A stretch of DNA of 31,105 nucleotides from Deltaproteobacteria bacterium TL4. Lineage in GTDB: Bacteria; SAR324; NAC60-12. The position numbers and the translations under genes are program-made. Position 1 is the stretch's first letter. Every line of letters begins with the position of its first letter. The notes beneath the pieces were generated by a model. It saw only the letters and a program-made list of their open reading frames with translations, searched no databases and had not been told where the DNA came from. Positions 27,065 through 31,105 of the stretch are shown here, piece after piece. The stretch covers positions 1 through 31,105 of the forward strand of contig JBBCAX010000336.1 of the NCBI GenBank assembly GCA_051382335.1. The letters are read 5' to 3'.

Positions 27065-28813
27065 TTACTCTCCGACAGCGCTGCGGTGGACGAGTTCCCA
27101 GCCGTGATAAACCAACACCAGTCCCTTGAACCGGACATGCTGACCATAGTGAGCGAGGCGTTCATCCTGGAGATATTTTTTTAACTGCTGTTCGGCCTCA
27201 CAGACAGTTTTCTGAACTTGGGTTTTGGAAAGTTTTCCCCGTTTGAAGTATTTGAGTTCAATGAGATACCCCCAAGGCATGTCAGGATACTTGGCTGTGA
27301 AAGGTTCGAGAAACAGATCTGAAAATCCTTTGTTCAGTTCCTGCTCAGGACGCACCAGAAAAAAATCGCACAGATGCAGGTACGCCAACAAGAAACCCTG
27401 AATTACTTTCTCTCCTTCCAGATAATCACGCACACTCGTTTGCTGCTGAATGGCCTTGGCTAAATAATCAAAAAACGGCTCCCATGTTCCTTGCCAGGCC
27501 ATGTCTTGCAGTAGTGGATCAAGTTTCCAAAATTCAGCACGAAAGGTACCAGTATCGAGATAGGCTTCCCGTAAATAACTATACATCAAGTGCCAGACCG
27601 TCAAATTGGGCACCTTCATGTGAAAGCGTCCATGCTCTGAGGATTCAATACCCAACAATCCGAAGTAATACAGCAAAGCGGTAAAGTTATCCGGTTGGTT
27701 CAAGCGCTCCAGAGGAAAGCTGATGGGGAGGGGACTGACGGTCTGTCGTTCTGCCAAGATGAGCTTCAATTGATCAAAATTGCCGTTGAGTTGACGGTTG
27801 ACGAGCAACAAATGCCTCAACTTGCCGTAGTCGATACGGATGTTTGGGTCAATCAGATCACGGGGAGGATGCCCCACTTGAATGGATTTCTGCACAAAAT
27901 AGAGCACCATGTCGGTATTGAAGACCGTGGGTTGATCCGGGGCACCAAAGCGATAGCCATTGTACCACTCCCGAAAGAGGTGCAGGGTTTCCTCGATCTC
28001 CTGCTGAAACAGACCATGACTTTGATAATACTCCAGCATCAAGCGGACTTCCGCTTCGGTGAAACCAACCATTTCATTGAGCCGTTCGTCCAAACTCAAA
28101 TTACTTCCAATATTGAAGCCGCTGGTAACATCATCCATTGTGATGGGAGAAACCCCTGTAATGAACAAGCGTTTTAGGCCGGAACCACTCTGGCTGGTGC
28201 CTGATTTAAGCACTGTAAAAAAATGACGGAAGAACCCCTCCCCATGAGTCAGATCATGATAGGCGTGATTCCCCGCTGTGGAGAGAATGGTGTTGGCAAA
28301 GTTGTCATATTCGTCAATCAGAATATAGAGGGAACATTGGGTCTCCCGTATCCCTGTCAACAGTGCACTCAATCGGGAAGCAAATGTGGAGGATTGTTTC
28401 ATCTGCGCCAAGGTCAACTCTCCCAGTAGTGACGCGTATTTATGCGCAAAAAACTCTAGAACCTGATTGCCATACTCTTCAAAACTTTGCTCCACTTTTT
28501 GAACATCGGCGATCACTGCTGAAAAATTGAAAGTCAGTACCAGGTAAGCATTATGTTCTTGAGTAGGATGCTCGCCAATCCAGGTTCCCTGAAAAAACGT
28601 TTCAAATTGCTCCTTTTTGGCAAGATCATAATAAGTTTCCAGGATGGAAACCCACAGGGATTTGCCGAAACGTCGAGGGCGGATAAAGAATATAAAAGGA
28701 TTTTCTTCCAACAACGGGATAAAACGCGTTTTGTCGACAAAGTAATGCTTTTCACTTTGAATGCGCTCAAAGTCAGAAACGCCATAGGCAATATTTTTGA
28801 TTCCTGGGGACAT
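27065..28813 (-). CDS. AAA-ATPase-like protein with C-terminal PD-(D/E)XK nuclease domain
   Basis: YGVSDFERI..YFVDKT, RPRRFGKSL, LIDEYD, WYNGYRF, E...GFSDL...IELK. Confidence 0.92.
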   Translation of the reverse strand: MSPGIKNIAYGVSDFERIQSEKHYFVDKTRFIPLLEENPFIFFIRPRRFGKSLWVSILETYYDLAKKEQFETFFQGTWIGEHPTQEHNAYLVLTFNFSAVIADVQKVEQSFEEYGNQVLEFFAHKYASLLGELTLAQMKQSSTFASRLSALLTGIRETQCSLYILIDEYDNFANTILSTAGNHAYHDLTHGEGFFRHFFTVLKSGTSQSGSGLKRLFITGVSPITMDDVTSGFNIGSNLSLDERLNEMVGFTEAEVRLMLEYYQSHGLFQQEIEETLHLFREWYNGYRFGAPDQPTVFNTDMVLYFVQKSIQVGHPPRDLIDPNIRIDYGKLRHLLLVNRQLNGNFDQLKLILAERQTVSPLPISFPLERLNQPDNFTALLYYFGLLGIESSEHGRFHMKVPNLTVWHLMYSYLREAYLDTGTFRAEFWKLDPLLQDMAWQGTWEPFFDYLAKAIQQQTSVRDYLEGEKVIQGFLLAYLHLCDFFLVRPEQELNKGFSDLFLEPFTAKYPDMPWGYLIELKYFKRGKLSKTQVQKTVCEAEQQLKKYLQDERLAHYGQHVRFKGLVLVYHGWELVHRSAVGE

Positions 28814-28910
28814 CAGTGTACCTTGGGGAAAGAAGGTTAAGGAGCTTCCTGTTCAACAGGATCGGTCTTATTTTAACGAACTTTGCCGCAAACATCAATC
28901 TTCAATCTCT

Positions 28911-29015
28911 TATAGTGCTCAAGATAAGTTTTGTCCTGGGAGCGAGGGCGTCCCGCCCTCCGGTGAGGGCAAGATGCCCTCGATCCCAGGGAAAAAACTT
29001 TCCTGGACAGCTATA
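28911..29015. mobile_element. MITE-like element with imperfect TATAG-ended inverted repeats enclosing a CTGGGAGC REP pair (28936-28989)
   Basis: Left TATAGTGCTCAAGATAAGTTTTGTCCTGGG versus reverse complement of right TATAGCTGTCCAGGAAAGTTTTTTCCCTGGG; inner hairpins GAGGGCG-TCC-CGCCCTC and GAGGGCA-AGA-TGCCCTC. Confidence 0.6.
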
Positions 29016-29093
29016 CAAACACAGCATTCCATGCAAGATGGGATGGTTTTAAAAATCCATTAAAGCATAAAAATCTGTGTCCAATTCATCGCC

Positions 29094-30722
29094 CTACTCA
29101 AAGGGGTGGGGAATGTATTCTCCTAATGCTGTGGAAAAGAGGACTCCTTGGAGTTTAAGGTTTTGGATGCGATAGAGAAAAGCAGCTCCTGTCATGAGGT
29201 GTTTTGCGACATCAACCACTTTACGATTTTGGAGATCCGCCAGATAGGAATTTTGAGTCCAGGCGTTGAAGGCTCCCATTGCGGGGCCTGTCCAGATTTG
29301 ATAATCCATCTCCCGTCCTTTTTCACCACTATTCGACCAGCGTGAGGAGAGTCCCAAATACCATCTGAAAATCAAGGCCATTTTTCGTTTGGGATGATTT
29401 TCGGTTCGTTCAATTTGATGAGGGTCCCGCTCTTTAAAATAGTCAACCGTGGTCTTCCAAATATCCTCTAAAGAGCTGCGGAAAATTTGTTTTTCTATTT
29501 TTTCACGTTCTGCTGCCGGAATTTCTTCAATGGAATTATAGGTTTGATAAAGCTCATACAATTTTTGCGCTCTCATCGGGAAGAGGGTTCCCCGCTTCAG
29601 GACTTGAAGTTTTACGCCCATTTCAAACATATCCGCGGCAGGCGCCATGGTCACGTCCGCCATATCCGCTTGTGCCAAAAGTTTCCGGGTGTGCTCTGAA
29701 GATCCGGCCTCAATACAGGCTTGGTTGACGGATCCTGTCACAATATAAGAGGCTCCCATCATGAAAGCGGCCAAGGCGGCATTCGGCGTTCCAATCCCAC
29801 CACCACCACCCACACGAAGAGGGGTTGCGTAGTTATATTGTGCCTGAATTTTATCCCGTAGAGAAAGGATGGTTGGAAGGAGTGTCACAAAAGGACGGTT
29901 ATCGGTATGCCCGCCAGAATCCGCTTCCGCTGTAATATCATCGGCCATTGGAACTTGTTGAGCCAGTTGCGCTTGTAGCTTGGTGATCAATCCCTTTTGA
30001 ACTAACGGGCTGAGAAATTTTTCTGTGGCGGGCTGCATGAACTTGGTGGCAACTTCCGTCCGTGAAATTTTGGCAATCACTTTGTTTTTGATTTGGATAG
30101 TTCCTTGAGCGTCCACACTCAGTCCCGCGGCACGATATTGAACAATTTGCGGTGTCAGATCCAAATACGCCGAGGCTTCAACCACAGGGACCTGATACTT
30201 GAGAAACAAATCCACACTCCCTTGCTCCAAAGCCGGCTCACTGGGACTGTGAATCAAGTTAAAGGCATAAGGTCCTTGAGGAAGAGCTTGTTGAAGCTGT
30301 TTGATGGCTTCTTCCACCTTAGCTGGAACTAAACCCGCTGCCCCAAAGGAGCCTAAGAATTTGGCCTTTCCTAACGCGACCACTTGTTTTACGGACGCAA
30401 TCCCATTGGCCATTGCTCCGGTATAATAGGCATACCGAGTTCCATATATTTGCTGATACTGAGCATCACCCAACCGTTCTATTGGCAAAGGCGCGACAAA
30501 AGCCAGGGCTTCCCAATAGCTCTCAGGCATCGCTCCACTCCTTAAAATCGCTTCATGGCTGACACCCACACGATTTCCGTCCTGGACCACATAGCAGGGT
30601 TGACTTAAATCGAGCAGTTTCGCTTTGATCGCGTCGCTGTCAAAGACGATACTCTTGATAGGAACAATCCATCCTGAAGGAAAGCGTTCGGTTTCAGTAA
30701 AACGAAGTCCGTTGTCTTGCAT
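29094..30722 (-). CDS. pfaD: PfaD-family PUFA/polyketide enoyl reductase
   Basis: GAMANGIAS, VEASAYL, AEADSGGHTDNRP, TGSVNQ, MAPAADMFEMGVKLQVLKRGTLF, DYQIWTGPAMGAFN. Confidence 0.95.
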   Translation of the reverse strand: MQDNGLRFTETERFPSGWIVPIKSIVFDSDAIKAKLLDLSQPCYVVQDGNRVGVSHEAILRSGAMPESYWEALAFVAPLPIERLGDAQYQQIYGTRYAYYTGAMANGIASVKQVVALGKAKFLGSFGAAGLVPAKVEEAIKQLQQALPQGPYAFNLIHSPSEPALEQGSVDLFLKYQVPVVEASAYLDLTPQIVQYRAAGLSVDAQGTIQIKNKVIAKISRTEVATKFMQPATEKFLSPLVQKGLITKLQAQLAQQVPMADDITAEADSGGHTDNRPFVTLLPTILSLRDKIQAQYNYATPLRVGGGGGIGTPNAALAAFMMGASYIVTGSVNQACIEAGSSEHTRKLLAQADMADVTMAPAADMFEMGVKLQVLKRGTLFPMRAQKLYELYQTYNSIEEIPAAEREKIEKQIFRSSLEDIWKTTVDYFKERDPHQIERTENHPKRKMALIFRWYLGLSSRWSNSGEKGREMDYQIWTGPAMGAFNAWTQNSYLADLQNRKVVDVAKHLMTGAAFLYRIQNLKLQGVLFSTALGEYIPHPFE

Positions 30723-30757
30723 AAAAACTCCTAATCCTTTGTGTGATAAACTGCTTA

Positions 30758-30856
30758 GGACTCAGGATTTAATAACTTCCGCAGTTTTTTTTTAATCCCC
30801 CGTGTCCGCTTTGTCAAAGGTGGAATTGTTGTCGGGAGCTATTTAATCCTGAGTCC
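30758..30856. mobile_element. 99-bp MITE-like element with ~23-bp terminal inverted repeats and apparent TTA target duplication
   Basis: GGACTCAGGATTTAATAACTTCC ... GGGAGCTATTTAATCCTGAGTCC, flanked by TTA at 30755-30757 and 30857-30859. Confidence 0.72.
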
Positions 30857-30894
30857 TTAGGGATAAAGAAAGAAATAAAGTACCAGAACACCTT

Positions 30895-30965
30895 TCGTTA
30901 CCAAGGTCCACCTTGGTAACGCTCTGCGGGCGAAGCTCCTGCTTCGCTGGAAGAAGCGGAGCTTC
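30895..30965. repeat. CGT-type REP-like cluster
   Basis: CGTTACCAAGG-TCCA-CCTTGGTAACG, GCGAAGC-TCCT-GCTTCGC and GAAGC-GGA-GCTTC hairpins. Confidence 0.7.
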
Positions 30966-30974
30966 TGATAATCA

Positions 30975-31105
30975 CTATAATAGTTGCTGTTTCAGTTGCT
31001 TAAGCATCAACTCTAATTCTTCCATTGTTTTCGCCATCAACTCTTCTTTTGAGTTCTGAGTTTGCTTAAGCATTAATTGAAAGGCTCTAACCTGTCCAAT
31101 CAAGT
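30975..31105 (-). CDS. 3' end of a gene running off the window; tail resembles Rpn/PD-(D/E)XK transposase-like C-termini
   Basis: Open frame ...LIGQVRAFQLMLKQTQNSKEELMAKTMEELELMLKQLKQQLL*; family call rests on 42 aa only. Confidence 0.45.
   Translation of the reverse strand, partial: LIGQVRAFQLMLKQTQNSKEELMAKTMEELELMLKQLKQQLL

Noticed and set aside
1384..30332. Numerous short antisense or alternate-frame ORFs in the track
   Set aside because: They lie within longer motif-bearing genes and show no recognisable motifs

Overview
Bacterial chromosomal window in two parts. Bases 1-10.4 kb hold a minus-strand restriction-like defence operon: SNF2 helicase with a DUF3883-type nuclease tail, AAA ATPase, DUF3226-like protein and DUF1156-type adenine methyltransferase. 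This operon is heavily colonised by REP/RAYT elements. A standalone RAYT transposase is bracketed by two inverted tandem arrays of a GTAG-type REP. A second, complete RAYT (HUH/Y1) domain is inserted in frame inside the methyltransferase, bounded by a different CTGGGAGC-type REP. Further copies of that REP lie in frame inside both the methyltransferase and the helicase, in all three reading frames and with compensatory stem changes. Bases 10.4-31.1 kb hold mostly accessory and housekeeping genes: an MCP, a probably frameshifted hypothetical gene, a CI/LexA-like repressor, a glycyl-radical enzyme with its activase, a CheA-like kinase, prmC, an acyl-CoA synthetase, a FliM-like protein, a serine hydrolase, an AAA/PD-(D/E)XK protein and pfaD, plus several intergenic REP/MITE-like elements. 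Family assignments come from motif recognition by eye; no database searches were run.
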